DNA from: Candidatus Bathyarchaeota archaeon
Lineage (GTDB): Archaea > Thermoproteota > Bathyarchaeia > 40CM-2-53-6
Assembly (NCBI GenBank): GCA_963833125.1
Contig: CAWHWX010000016.1
Span: 1 to 64,000, forward strand
Reading direction: 5' to 3'
Length of the DNA: 64,000 nucleotides
Shown here: positions 19,312 through 29,801 of the stretch, piece after piece
Layout of the letters: each line of letters begins with the position of its first letter
Numbering within the stretch: position 1 is the first letter of the stretch
Notes under the pieces: model-generated
Databases searched by the model: none
The model's input: only the letters and a program-made list of their open reading frames with translations
Told to the model about the DNA's origin: nothing
Translations under genes and position numbers: made by a program

Positions 19312-20409
19312 TCACCTCGAAATGATCCACTTATCGTTGCCCTGCATCAGGTCAACTAGGCGAGTCGCAGCGGCCAATGTTTCGCAGGCCGCTCCGAATA
19401 CTTTGAAAGCACTGCGGACGCTTTCCGGTTCGCTGGGATCAAAAGGAATAATGAGGTTGGGTTCCGGCGTCACTTCCATCATTCCCTGGGCCTCTTCGTC
19501 AAAGCAGCCGGCAATCGCGTCGGACTCGGCGAACAGTGCCAGCAGGGTGGGGAGCGGAGGGTTGCAATCCGAAAGCAACGCCCCGATGTCTTCATTGATG
19601 TCCGGCCGTTCTGCATCGGCGGACAGTTGATCCAAACGGACTGCGCCCTCGATTAGCCGCTTTGCGAGTGGGTCGCGAATTTCGTTTGTAATTCGAAGAA
19701 GCTCGTTTCCCTCTAGTGCCTCCTGCTTCATGCACGGCGGAATGGAGCCGGCCACGTCTGGAAATTCGTACTGGCCAGCATCGGGCTCCTGGGCGACCCA
19801 CTCCCGCAAAGTCTCAGCTCGATCTTCAGCATCGCGAAAATCGTAGACCCGGCTCCAGCGATTCAAAGCTCCAACGAAGAGATGGAAAAATGTTGCTGGC
19901 AGCCGAGGGTGGACGCTCTCAAGCAACTGCAACGTTGGCCCAAGAACCACACAGCCACAACTTGACTCCGATGGCTCGACCGTCAAGAACAATTGATCGG
20001 ACTTGGCCTCGTCGGGCTCTGCCCACTCGCAGGGTGAGTTGCTGATCGCAGCGGCCAACAAGAAGCGACGGCGGATGGCCGGCCCGCCGTGCGCGTCGAT
20101 CCAGCGCTCAAGTGTGATCCTGATGTAAGACGTTGGATCGCACTCCGCCTTCTTCCAATCTTCAGAGACAGCAATGTCCAGCGTCAGGAGACATTCGGCC
20201 AGCGCAACCGCCAACCGGTCGTCCGCTATCAGGCGCTGTGTTATCGGAACGCCCGCCAGCCGGGGAAGCGAGAGAGTTCCTGCAGGTGCTATCAACTGAC
20301 CGGAGGAAGCCATCCGGGCGGGGCGTCGAGTGGAGTGCGGTTGTAAGTACGAGCGCTCGCCTCGACTGCGGCGGCGAAGAGGGCGGCGGCACGTTGCAGT
20401 TCCGGGCAT
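19312..20409 (-). CDS. PRTRC system protein F
   Basis: LSLPRL start region, LESVHPRL motif, size and synteny. Start uncertain; overlaps the upstream small ORF. Confidence 0.7.
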   Translation of the reverse strand: MPGTATCRRPLRRRSRGERSYLQPHSTRRPARMASSGQLIAPAGTLSLPRLAGVPITQRLIADDRLAVALAECLLTLDIAVSEDWKKAECDPTSYIRITLERWIDAHGGPAIRRRFLLAAAISNSPCEWAEPDEAKSDQLFLTVEPSESSCGCVVLGPTLQLLESVHPRLPATFFHLFVGALNRWSRVYDFRDAEDRAETLREWVAQEPDAGQYEFPDVAGSIPPCMKQEALEGNELLRITNEIRDPLAKRLIEGAVRLDQLSADAERPDINEDIGALLSDCNPPLPTLLALFAESDAIAGCFDEEAQGMMEVTPEPNLIIPFDPSEPESVRSAFKVFGAACETLAAATRLVDLMQGNDKWIISR

Positions 20410-20525
20410 CTCGCAAACCTCCCGACGAGTGTTTGGTAACGGGCGTGGCGGCCCTGGCGAAGATTGTCAAGTTCCGCCAGGACCGCCCGCTTCGTCACCT
20501 CCTTGCTTTTTGGATTTCGGCTCAT
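20292..20525 (-). CDS. Small hypothetical protein between PRTRC C and F (77 aa)
   Basis: ATG 4 nt after the PRTRC C stop; MSRNPKSKEV...LAELDNL. Confidence 0.5.
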   Translation of the reverse strand: MSRNPKSKEVTKRAVLAELDNLRQGRHARYQTLVGRFARCPELQRAAALFAAAVEASARTYNRTPLDAPPGWLPPVS

Positions 20526-20529
20526 CGCG

Positions 20530-20733
20530 TTACCCCTTCGAGCCGATGGCTCGCGTGAACTGGTAGCGCAGCTTGTCTCCGACAGCCTCCGGCCCGGTGA
20601 TCGACGCCGTGGCGATGTCTGGATAGTGGTGCGCGTACAGGTCACGGATTTCCTCCGGAGAAAGCTTTGAATTAATGTCTGGAAGCCGCACGCCATTAAA
20701 CTCAAAAATTCTTGAAAGTATCTGGCCTTCCAT
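20530..20733 (-). CDS. PRTRC system protein C (ubiquitin-like, 67 aa)
   Basis: RIFEFNGVRLPD...YPDIATASITGPE...FTRAIGSKG with C-terminal Gly. Confidence 0.9.
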   Translation of the reverse strand: MEGQILSRIFEFNGVRLPDINSKLSPEEIRDLYAHHYPDIATASITGPEAVGDKLRYQFTRAIGSKG

Positions 20734-21233
20734 CAGAGTGCGAGACCTCCTTTCGATTGAGTTGAAGCGGGTTCGGGTGTTTCGGTTGCGAACAGCCCGA
20801 GAGTGCCGACCGCCGCCGAAGAAGGCGCGGCGTCAGCAGGGCTTGCCGATGGGCAAGAGCACACTGAGGCGGGCTCAGCCCCCGTTGGAACGGTTCCCTT
20901 GTCGGGTGGCTTCTGAGTTGCCTTCTTGCGCTCCTCGGCTTTGCGCTTGGCCTCCTCCTGTACTGCCTTCGCGGCAGCATCCATAGTGGCTTTGGCCTCG
21001 GCCAGAGTGCTGGCGGTTTGCTGATGTGTTTGGACGTAGCCGGCCAAATTCTTGCCGAGTTCGGCGTCGAGTTCCTCTGGCGAGCTGGTGTAGGTGAGTG
21101 GAGTGGTTAGGGCCGGATTCTCGTTGGCCTTTCCATGGGGAACGACGTTGACGCGTAGCGTCTTATCATCCACCTTGGCCACTGTGATGAGCACAGTGCG
21201 GCCCGCAAGAAGCGGCATGAGTTCAACGAACAT
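20733..21233 (-). CDS. PRTRC system protein E
   Basis: MFVEL...VNVVP...LTTPL...PEELDAEL, low-complexity C-terminus; AAAGGAGG RBS. Confidence 0.88.
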   Translation of the reverse strand: MFVELMPLLAGRTVLITVAKVDDKTLRVNVVPHGKANENPALTTPLTYTSSPEELDAELGKNLAGYVQTHQQTASTLAEAKATMDAAAKAVQEEAKRKAEERKKATQKPPDKGTVPTGAEPASVCSCPSASPADAAPSSAAVGTLGLFATETPEPASTQSKGGLAL

Positions 21234-21558
21234 GTGACCTCCTTTCGCGGCGTGGGTTGATTTCTCGATCTTCAGCTCACGCCGAGTATGTTGTTATTTG
21301 GGAAAATCGGTTGGCGTGGTAGCGGTGTTTGGGCTTCAGAGTCACTCGGCAGAAAGCGGGCGCCAGGGTACGTTGCGAGATGGAAGAATACGGCCATGGG
21401 GGTGCATCCTGTGGCTGGGGCGCAGCAGGACGATTACTTCCGTCTTCGCGACGATCGGGACTGAACTGGCCCGACGCGATCTCGGGATGGCCAGGGAGCC
21501 GCTTCAACGGGTAGGCCGTAGTACGTCCGAGTAAACTGCAAAGGCCACGTGCTAAAAT

Positions 21559-21747
21559 GTGCGCGTGACCACTTTCGATCAAATCGTCTTTGAGAAGCCG
21601 GAGCTATACTGCGATGAGAGTGAAACTGTAGCGCTCAGCCAACCGCTTCTGGTCGTCGCTGGTTACTTGGCCTCGCGTGCGGATTGGGAAAAAGTTAACG
21701 ACCGCTGGAAGAAAGATCTTCGGTGGCACGATGTGATGGTCATGTGA
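21559..21747 (+). pseudogene. Truncated DUF3800-like fragment
   Basis: LYCDESE...VVAGYLA...W N-terminal signature, then early stop. Confidence 0.5.
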
Positions 21748-21849
21748 TTATGTCACAATGCGATGTTTGATTATCGAGAGAGCCCTCAGTCAGAAAGCAG
21801 CTGACTGTGGCTGGCTGCTTACGGTAGGAGATGTACATCAGGAGACGGT

Positions 21850-24321
21850 ATGCTCCAGATCGGCATTGATGGATTCATTTTCTCGCAAACCTCCGAGTTG
21901 GTGCGTCCAGTAAACGAAAGGTTACTCCATTCGTGTGCATATTCTTATCGCCGCTGTCTAGAAGACCTAGCCTTCGCTTTGGTTTACTCCGACAAAGTTT
22001 TAAAGTACGGGTCCCTCCGTCCGCCACTCGATTCAAACAAATACAGCGTACCAGATCTTCTGAATGCAATTAACGAAGCGGATGCTTGTATTTTGGGCGA
22101 CTTTCCTGTCGATAAGGATATCCATGGTGATCAACTCATTGCTGAACGCAGCCACAGCGAGGGCATCATCCGCGATCTACGGCTGCTTGAAGAATCTGTA
22201 AGGTCCGAATCTGACCAGGCACGGTTCAAGGAGTGGCTGGCGCGCGAGTCGGACATGTATTTCGGTTGGGACGAGTCCGTGTTTGAGGAGAAGAGGGACC
22301 CTGCCGAGTACCTATACGGCACCACCGTGCCCTATCACATGAACCGAAAAATCCAAGATTCCATTGCCGAGGATGTCATCAAGATCCTCGACTCAGCGCT
22401 GCAAAATGCCCCAAAGAACCTACCCGACCGCTACTCTGACGGAGCACGGCGGGAGTTCGTCACTCGCAATATGCTCACACTTGTGACGATTATGAGAGCA
22501 TACGAGCTTTCGGCATTTCGTAATGGCTTTTGGCGCATGCCGCATGTGACCCGGGTGATCATAGGCTTTCGGGATCTCAGGAAGCGAATTGGTCGGCAAC
22601 TCGACCTTCGGCGCATTATCGTTCGCTATACGCTTCATCAGGCATTGGCGGAGACGCCCAGCGACTCGCGCGAATCGGTTATTAAGAACCTTTGCGAGCT
22701 GAGGAATGAGAAATATCCTAAAGCTATCCGTGAGTTGCTAAGCACCGCAGACCTCTGTGTGCTGAACGCGGATGAGGCTCAGGAGGAAGCTGCAGGAACT
22801 CTCATCGCAGAGATCAATCGTTCTTCCATCCCGGTGCCAGAACCTGACCGGGACACTTTCGTGATCAAGAGGCAGTCTACCCTTCGGGAGCTTGGCGCTG
22901 TTAAATGGGCGACGCACGAAGATGAGCTTTTCCGTGTTTTTCCGGAGCTGAAGACGGATTACGACAACAAATATACCTTCGTATCGCCATCGAAACCCGA
23001 GAGCGATGCGGATGTTGACCGCCGTTTCGCAAATATGGCCATTGAGGAGGCGCGGAAGAGCGTTCCCGAGGATGACAGACCCCATCCGAAAGTGGGAGCG
23101 GTTGTCGTCAGGAACGGCATCGTCCTGAGCAAGGCTCACCGTGGAGAAAGCCCAAAGTCTCACGCGGAATATATCGCCTTAGAAGGCAAGCTGCCTGATG
23201 ATCTGGTCGCAGGGGCTACCGTTTACACCACACTTGAACCCTGCACTAGTAGAAAGCATCCAAAGATTCCCTGTGCTCAGCGGCTAGTGGAACGAAAAGT
23301 GGCCCGTGTTGTCATTGGGATGCTTGATCCGAATCCTGGCATTCGAGGACTGGGGGAGCAGCTACTAAGTGAAGCTGGCATCGAAACCCAACTGTTCCCG
23401 CGGGACCTGAGAGCGCAGGTTGAAGAAATGAACCGAGAGTTCATCAGGGCGCAGAAAATTAAACAACCGCGTTCCCTCCCGAACGGCAGTCCAGACAATG
23501 CAATAACAGTTGCCGCACGAGCACTAATCGACGGCCGCGACGAGGCTCATCTGAACATTGTACGCGGCGTTCGTCGGGCCGCGGAAGAACTCCTCAGCCC
23601 CGAGGGGCACCGATCTTGCCCAATTATTTTGAAAATACGCGAAATCTTCTACACAACAGAGTTTGACGGTGTCTTTGTCGGTGGGGAGTTGCAGAACCCG
23701 GCTGACATGAGTTACCAAGTCACCGACTGGGGTCTTTCCATCCCTGCCCTGAACGCATCTTTGAAACCGTACTTGACACCGTTCGGGACCGGGCGCTACA
23801 ACGGCCCAAGTTGGTGGCGCATGCCTCTCGACCTTCCGGGCAGGAAGATAACGACCGGCTCATTATTCTTTTCTTTCTCCGATGACCCAAGTTGGCGGGA
23901 ACGTATCTCCCGGGAGGAACCCCTGCACGCAAAAATCAGCGCCCACATATTCCCCGCCGGGCTGAGCGAGCAGCTTGTTGAAATTTGCAAGCTCAACACG
24001 CTGCGCAACAGAAATCAGTCGGCTAACCCCGTTGCCGGATTGTCCGAGCGGGAAACAAAGATACTTTCGTGCGCGGCGCAGGGCGACGGAAGCATCTTCG
24101 TCAGGGGATCCGAGCAGATCGCCGACCGATTCTTCGTACAAGCAGGGCCGTGTTCTCTACCTTATGAAAGCGGGGCTTTCCCGAAGGCTGATTTCGAACC
24201 CTGGATCGAAGCCGTGGACACCTTGATCGCTCGTGGGCTCATAAGACTCGAAAGTAAGACTCGTGACTCAGAGATTTACGTCCTCGCCCCTTTGGCCCGA
24301 GAAGTTATAAGAAGCACTTAA
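21850..24321 (+). CDS. Multidomain protein with central RibD-type Zn deaminase domain (823 aa)
   Basis: PKVGAVVV, HAE, YTTLEPC-x9-C, VVIGMLDPNP; flanking regions unrecognised; no reductase domain. Confidence 0.85.
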   Translation: MLQIGIDGFIFSQTSELVRPVNERLLHSCAYSYRRCLEDLAFALVYSDKVLKYGSLRPPLDSNKYSVPDLLNAINEADACILGDFPVDKDIHGDQLIAERSHSEGIIRDLRLLEESVRSESDQARFKEWLARESDMYFGWDESVFEEKRDPAEYLYGTTVPYHMNRKIQDSIAEDVIKILDSALQNAPKNLPDRYSDGARREFVTRNMLTLVTIMRAYELSAFRNGFWRMPHVTRVIIGFRDLRKRIGRQLDLRRIIVRYTLHQALAETPSDSRESVIKNLCELRNEKYPKAIRELLSTADLCVLNADEAQEEAAGTLIAEINRSSIPVPEPDRDTFVIKRQSTLRELGAVKWATHEDELFRVFPELKTDYDNKYTFVSPSKPESDADVDRRFANMAIEEARKSVPEDDRPHPKVGAVVVRNGIVLSKAHRGESPKSHAEYIALEGKLPDDLVAGATVYTTLEPCTSRKHPKIPCAQRLVERKVARVVIGMLDPNPGIRGLGEQLLSEAGIETQLFPRDLRAQVEEMNREFIRAQKIKQPRSLPNGSPDNAITVAARALIDGRDEAHLNIVRGVRRAAEELLSPEGHRSCPIILKIREIFYTTEFDGVFVGGELQNPADMSYQVTDWGLSIPALNASLKPYLTPFGTGRYNGPSWWRMPLDLPGRKITTGSLFFSFSDDPSWRERISREEPLHAKISAHIFPAGLSEQLVEICKLNTLRNRNQSANPVAGLSERETKILSCAAQGDGSIFVRGSEQIADRFFVQAGPCSLPYESGAFPKADFEPWIEAVDTLIARGLIRLESKTRDSEIYVLAPLAREVIRST

Positions 24322-24818
24322 ACAATGCAGCGGGAGGATTCGTGCATCCGTTCGCTACTAGCGGCCTAAGGGCTCGAGTCTCGGTCAGGTGACAGATAAA
24401 ATGAGAAGAAAGCATCACCATTATGTTTCTCGCTTCCACTCGCGGAATCTTCTCAGCGCCTTGCACATAGACGGCATACGCCCTAGCGGCCGACGCGCCC
24501 TACGACAGATTACCCCCATCAACGCCGCAGCGTAGGGCGGCGCACTTCAACTCCTGGTTCGTCGCCTACTCGTGAACAATCCCAGTGCGTTGCGGCTCCT
24601 CATGTAACCCCGGTGGTCACTTGGTTGTATCGGCGCCAAACCTGGATGTGGTCTGCGCTGCCATTTCTGACGTTGCGCTTGGATGACGACACGCGGAAAG
24701 TACTCACCCAATCTTAAAACGTCTTACTTATCGCGGCGGCTCCGCTAGGCGATGCGGCGCACCAAATTTCCAATTTGAACAATGTCGAGCGAAAACGAAC
24801 ACAAAGAAAAACCATACC

Positions 24819-25274
24819 TCAGAAGGGTATTTCCTGCTCCGTGCTTTCGCCGTCTGCCCCATTGAACGGGTTGTCACGCTCGTCCGCAGGCTCCGCGGCC
24901 TTTGATGGTTCAGTTGGCTGTGCGCCATTCCCGTTCTCTGGTGCTCGATCCAAAATCTTCATCTGGTTGGCCACGACCTCGACCGTGGTTCGCTTTTCGC
25001 CTCCGCGGTCTTCCCATTTCCGGGTCTGCAACCTGCCCTCAAGGTACACATGGCGGCCCTTGTCAAGATACTGACCGCAGACCTCCGCCAAACGGCCGAA
25101 GCAGACGATTCGGAACCACTCGACCCGTTCCTGTTTCGTGCCCTGCGCGTCCTTCCAACTCTCGTTGACGGCCACACTGAACTTGCCGACGGGCTTGCCT
25201 TGCTGGCTGAATCTGATTTCAGGTGCCTCACCCAGGAACCCGATCAAAATAACTTTGTTCATACTTTGAGACAT
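24819..25274 (-). CDS. ssb: Single-stranded DNA-binding protein
   Basis: NKVILIG, EWFRIV, YLEGRLQTRKW, acidic tail ending EIPF. Confidence 0.95.
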   Translation of the reverse strand: MSQSMNKVILIGFLGEAPEIRFSQQGKPVGKFSVAVNESWKDAQGTKQERVEWFRIVCFGRLAEVCGQYLDKGRHVYLEGRLQTRKWEDRGGEKRTTVEVVANQMKILDRAPENGNGAQPTEPSKAAEPADERDNPFNGADGESTEQEIPF

Positions 25275-25354
25275 GTTTGCGTTCTCCCTTCCGTGAGAGC
25301 CTTCTGGAGGCTCCCTCGTTGCGCCGAATGAAAAAGCACTGACCGATGGACCGC

Positions 25355-26275
25355 TCACTGCTCATCGAACCGGAATTTGCGGCTGATCCGATCAGTAGCG
25401 AGCGAGTCGATTTGAGCGGCGACCGCGGCCATGCCTTCCCGCACCCGACTGCGAACAAATGGCATGTTGCGTAAGGCATCGGTGCTCACTCCTTCGAGCA
25501 ATGCCCGCGCCTTCTCGACCTGCTCCTTCAGCTCTTGGTCATTCACCACATTGCGCAAGATCGAACGTGACCAGGAAATCGCGGAGCTTCTGGAGGGTCG
25601 ATTCACGCAGCCGCTGCGGCTGGCCGTCCGGCTGGTCGGCCAGCCGATCGCGCAGGTGGCTGACCAGTTCGAGCAGGGAGGCTCGCATCACCTGCTGAAT
25701 CTCGGAGCATGCTTCCGACATTGTCACGACAGCCTTTTCGCGCTCTTCCTGAAACATTTGGGCCGAGATTTCTCGAAGTTGTTCCGGCACGCCGTAGCTG
25801 ACATACTGCCAACTGAAGGTGAAGCGAGAGCGCACCTCTTCCACTGGCGGATAATCAGCCGGATTGTGAAGCGTGCGCAGTCGCCCAGCAGCTTCCTGGC
25901 ACAGCCGCGGATAGGCGCTGAGGAAGGTCTCCACCAGCTCACCGCGCTTCTCCTTGAACTCGCGCAATTTCTCATCGACGGTCTCCACCAAGCCGAGGGG
26001 CAGAAGATGAATGCCAACCTCGAACGGGAGGCTCATGTCGTAGAGGAAATGGCGGACGTCGCCATCGAGCGAGCGGATTGCCTGAAGCTCTGGCGAGTCG
26101 AGCAAATTCTTCGAGACCCGGATCAGTGCCTTGTCAGCGTCCACTTCGACTTGGGACGAACTGACCTTTCGGCTGTTGCCGAGCAAGCCCGAGATGAACT
26201 TTGATGAAGACCGTTTGCTTGGCAAGATCATTTTCCGAGTTCTCGAATGTCTAGGATTGGCACTGCTGTTGCCAT
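25355..26275 (-). CDS. DUF3150-like protein (2-3 single-base frameshifts)
   Basis: Fragments join as MATAVP...GNSRKV...SKNLLDSPEL...DYPP...RNVVNDQEL...RKFRF; AAGGAGG RBS; synteny with the AAA/DUF1257 module. Confidence 0.6.
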
Positions 26276-26393
26276 ACTGACCTCCTTGGAATTGAGAGTC
26301 CTACTCCGGCACTCTGCATGGCCAGGACCACGTATCAGCGCTCGTTACAGAAAAACTCCAATTGCGATCGCTGCACAGTCTAGCGAGGGATAT

Positions 26394-27933
26394 TTAGACC
26401 TCTGATTTCGAGGGTGGCAAGACGGTGAGGGGCCGGCCTAAGTCCCGAATGACGCGCCGCCGCGGCGCGGGCTGGTTTTCTTCGAACTGGAAGACGCCAG
26501 GCATCGAGGCGCTAAGAAACTTGCCGGACGCCATTTGGCGAAGCGCCTTGATCTGCTCACCAGCAGATCGTGAAACCGGCACGATGTAGCGTGAGGCCTG
26601 GGCAAGAGTCATCCTCAGCCGGTGCGCCTTCCGGCAGCACTCTTTGATTTCCGCGCCAGTCCAGCCTTCGTCGTCGGGAAGCTCGCCTGAAACTTCGTAC
26701 TTTACTCAGATAGATTTTCCAGATGGCCTCGCGCTCCTCGGCGGTCGGCAAATCAAAGAAGAAAGTGCCGAGCGTAAACCGTCGACGCAGCTCAGGAGGC
26801 AAGCTCGTGATGGAATTGCAAGTCGCAACAAACAACATTCGCCCTTGCGAGACCGCGTCGATGATCGTGAGCGCCGTGCGCAGCCGCTCGGTTGAAGCAC
26901 CTACCAGAGAGCTCTCCATGGCCGCCAGGTCAAAAGCAATCGTGGGAATTCCTGCCGTACCGCCGGTGGCCTTGGCCGTCGCGCTCTTGGCGCTACCAGG
27001 CGGGCCGATAAACACAACACCGTCTGCCTCGCGGTCCTGCATGTACGTCAGGATAGTTCCAGTCATCTCCGTCTTGACGCCGGAGAGGTCGGTGCCCGTT
27101 CCTGCAAACGCCTTTTCAATCTCATCGATGAACACGATGACGCGCGGAGGATTGATGCCTGCGAGCACTGCTCGTAGGAAATCCTTGACGTGGCCGACCC
27201 CACCAATGTCTTCAAAGGTCTCGCCACCTCGCCACACCGAGAGGCCCGGGGTCTGCTCGATGATTTGACGTTTGCTCTCCCAAAGGTCCTCCGTGTCGAG
27301 ATCGCGCTTGACCAACGACATCGCTAGCGCCTGCTCTGCCGGGAAGGCAGCCAAGCCGATCAGGGCATCTACTGCCTTGCCGAGCACGCAGGGTTCAGGC
27401 TCATCCAGTTCGGCCGCATTGAAAGTCTCTCGGACGATTCGCTCCAGGTGACTCACTGAAGGCAGAGGCTCGTCAAGGACGAGGACGTCCTGCCCCAGTT
27501 CCGGTGGCAACGTCGCACCAGGCACGGTGAGGAGAATCAGTGTCCGGCCTGTCGCTTTGAACGCATCACGCAGGTTCCAGATCCCCTGCATCACTCCAGG
27601 ATCATTCCAGAAGCGGTGAGCATTTGAGTAGAGTAGAAGCCCGTCCTCGCAAAGCTGCTGCCCCAGAAACAGGGCGTCGGCCGGCCCGACCGTCGCAGCC
27701 TGACGGTCGCCCAGCACACGTGCCAGCTCTTCGCCGCTGTCCCGGCTAGCAGCATATAGGCCCCGGATTACATCCCAGCCGAGCAACGGTGGAAGCTCAC
27801 GGCTTTGACTGAGAGTCTCGATTACGAAATGCGTCGTGCTCGCGGGGTCGGCAGTACGTACCGCCACGAGCGGAGTCGAGACACACCGCGCGGCAAGGAA
27901 GGCCGACGCAAACTCCTCCACTGAACGAATCAT
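26394..27933 (-). CDS. Ycf46-like AAA+ ATPase (frameshift ~26700)
   Basis: IDEIEKA, GPPGSAKS, ATCN..LPPEL.RR, FFFDLP; C-terminus continues in 26394-26612. Confidence 0.82.
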
Positions 27934-28001
27934 GACGGGTGCTCCTTTCGGGGAAGAATCTCAAGGGGAATCGAAAGCAATGAGGCAAACTGAGGCGGGC
28001 T

Positions 28002-28607
28002 CTACCACGGCAAACCGCGAATGGGAAATCCTGTGACTACTGCTCGGCCGCCTTCGCGAATACTGACCTCAATCAGCTCTTCCGTGAAATCGGCGGGAGT
28101 ATAGCGGCCGCTGAATAGTCGCAAAACCTGATTGCGAGTTGTGCGCAGCGGTAGACTTCCTGGCTGAGCCGCGTTGAAACGCCCGAGGATGGCGAAGTCG
28201 AGGCAGGCACAGGTTTCTTCCCACAGACGTTTCCGGCGTTGTTCCGAAGAACCTTCGCCCCAGGTCCAGTAGCGCCCTTCGGCGAGTTCGCGCTCTGTGT
28301 AGCCGCTAAACATGCCGAAGCTTAGCTCCGATGCTTGCCGGCGCACGCTGTGTATCAATGCCAGCAAGGTGTCTGCCTGCTGCATGGGCTCACCGCCCGA
28401 GAAGGTGACACCTTCTAGCGTATGGTTTTCGTGCACCCGCAGAAGTTTTTGCACTACCTCATCAACCGTGACTTCTTCGCCCCGAAACTGATGTGTCTGA
28501 GGATTCCAGCATCCAAGACAGCCGAGCGTGCAACCCTGGAAAAATGCCACGGCGCGTAATCCTGGCCCATTAGCACGGCTGGCGGGAATCAACGCATGAA
28601 GCAGCAT
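28002..28607 (-). CDS. Radical SAM protein, NrdG/activase-like
   Basis: NGPGLR, CTLGCLGC (Cx3Cx2C), GVTFSGGEP, FSGYT. Confidence 0.9.
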   Translation of the reverse strand: MLLHALIPASRANGPGLRAVAFFQGCTLGCLGCWNPQTHQFRGEEVTVDEVVQKLLRVHENHTLEGVTFSGGEPMQQADTLLALIHSVRRQASELSFGMFSGYTERELAEGRYWTWGEGSSEQRRKRLWEETCACLDFAILGRFNAAQPGSLPLRTTRNQVLRLFSGRYTPADFTEELIEVSIREGGRAVVTGFPIRGLPW

Positions 28608-28619
28608 GTCAGGCCTCCT

Positions 28620-28811
28620 TCAGCGTCGGCTCGTTTCGCGCTCGGTCTGCTGGCCGGTGAAATAGACAGGCTTCTTCCGCTCGATTTTCACGTTGTCCCC
28701 GCCACGGAAGTCATCAAAGACCTTCTCGCAGCCCTGTCCTGCGAAGCCCTCCAGATCGAGGGTCGAATTTCCTTGCTGGTCGATGGTGATCGTGATCGTT
28801 TTCTCCTGCAT
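28620..28811 (-). CDS. DUF2997-family protein (63 aa)
   Basis: ITITIDQQG...EGFAGQGC...KPVYF pattern; coupled to DUF1257. Confidence 0.75.
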   Translation of the reverse strand: MQEKTITITIDQQGNSTLDLEGFAGQGCEKVFDDFRGGDNVKIERKKPVYFTGQQTERETSRR

Positions 28812-28817
28812 CGTCGC

Positions 28818-29234
28818 CTACCTCCGCACAACAAATTGCAGTTTCACCTGCTCACCTTCTGAGGTCTCAATCACCTCGCGGCTTTTTAGGGTGTAACCCT
28901 TCGCCCGCGCCATGGCCAAGGTCTGCTTCTCTTTGTAGAGTTGCTGGATGCGGCCAAGCCACTTGGCTCCATAACCGCGGTGCTCGTCGAGTTCATCCTT
29001 GATTATTCCGAACCGGCCGTCGGGCTGGCGTGCGAATCCAATATCGCCGTAGGCGCCTCGAAGTTGGTTCCGGCGGATAATAATGTTCGCGGTTTTTGCC
29101 TCCTGGTCGGAGTAGTAAGAGTTCAGTCTTGCAACCCCCGGATGAACCTCAACTTCGTAGCCCATCTCTTTGAGAACTTCCACCAGGTATTGTTCCTCGC
29201 GCAAAACTGTTTGGGTCTCGCCGTATTTCGACAC
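28818..29234 (-). CDS. DUF1257 (Ycf35-like) protein (138 aa)
   Basis: LVEVLKEMGY...DIGF...IQQLY...ARAKGY...VKLQF; GTG start with AAAGGAGA RBS. Confidence 0.78.
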   Translation of the reverse strand: MSKYGETQTVLREEQYLVEVLKEMGYEVEVHPGVARLNSYYSDQEAKTANIIIRRNQLRGAYGDIGFARQPDGRFGIIKDELDEHRGYGAKWLGRIQQLYKEKQTLAMARAKGYTLKSREVIETSEGEQVKLQFVVRR

Positions 29235-29273
29235 GGGGTGTCTCCTTTCCTTGTACTTTGGGCTGTTGTGTAA

Positions 29274-29801
29274 TTGAAACCATAAATTGGCCAGAGCGGA
29301 CACTTTATGGTTTCAACGTGGTATGTAACCTCAAGCGTGAGTTGGCCGTTTCTAAAGCATCAGTTTGGCCGACATTACCAGCCGCAAGTCGTTTATTGTC
29401 AGTGAAAGGCGCCATGCGCCGCCTCTCCCCACGTTGACAACGCGGCTGAGAATCTCTCGCCGCAGCTGGCGCTGCCGAAAAAATGGGCGGTAAGGTCTCG
29501 GTCAAGGTACGGTCTACGTTTTAGCAACGCGTCGCCCCCAATATTGCAAGCCGATGTGCAAAGTGATGGATCTGCGGCCATTTTATGGTTTAATTCCGGC
29601 CAACTTATGCTTGAAGGGTCATGGTCGCGCCTGCGGGGCAACATCGCACTTGCGGCCACGTTATGCTTTCATTCAGCATTTTCGGCCACATTATGGTTGC
29701 AATTGCCCGAGGGTCCCAAGGTTCGGCCACTAAAAACAAAACCTTTCTGCTCGTTCCCCGGACACTATACGGTTTCAACCGCGGCCAAGATATGGTTTCA
29801 A
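29274..29801. repeat. Iteron-like array, ~10 copies of a 20-bp motif CGG(C/A)CAnnTTATG(G/C)TTTCAA
   Basis: Plus-strand copies at 29297, 29575, 29597, 29653, 29683, 29759, 29782; minus-strand copies at 29274, 29331, 29353. Confidence 0.85.

Noticed and set aside
16823-24321. Thiamine (thiF) or riboflavin (ribD) biosynthesis
   Set aside because: ThiF is the PRTRC type in a PRTRC cassette, the deaminase lacks the reductase domain, and no pathway genes are present.
24490-24545. Integron attC site or REP element (CGCCCTACG...CGTAGGGCG)
   Set aside because: No RYYYAAC/GTTRRRY ends, single copy, and no integron integrase or RAYT gene nearby.
26258-26272. Sigma54 consensus TGGCAC-TGCTG-TTGC on the plus strand
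   Set aside because: Lies within the first codons of the DUF3150-like gene, antisense, with no downstream plus-strand gene; probably chance.
29274-29801. CRISPR array or coding ORF 29544-30122
   Set aside because: Repeats are degenerate, irregularly spaced and in both orientations; the ORF is a translation of repeat DNA and antisense M28 sequence.
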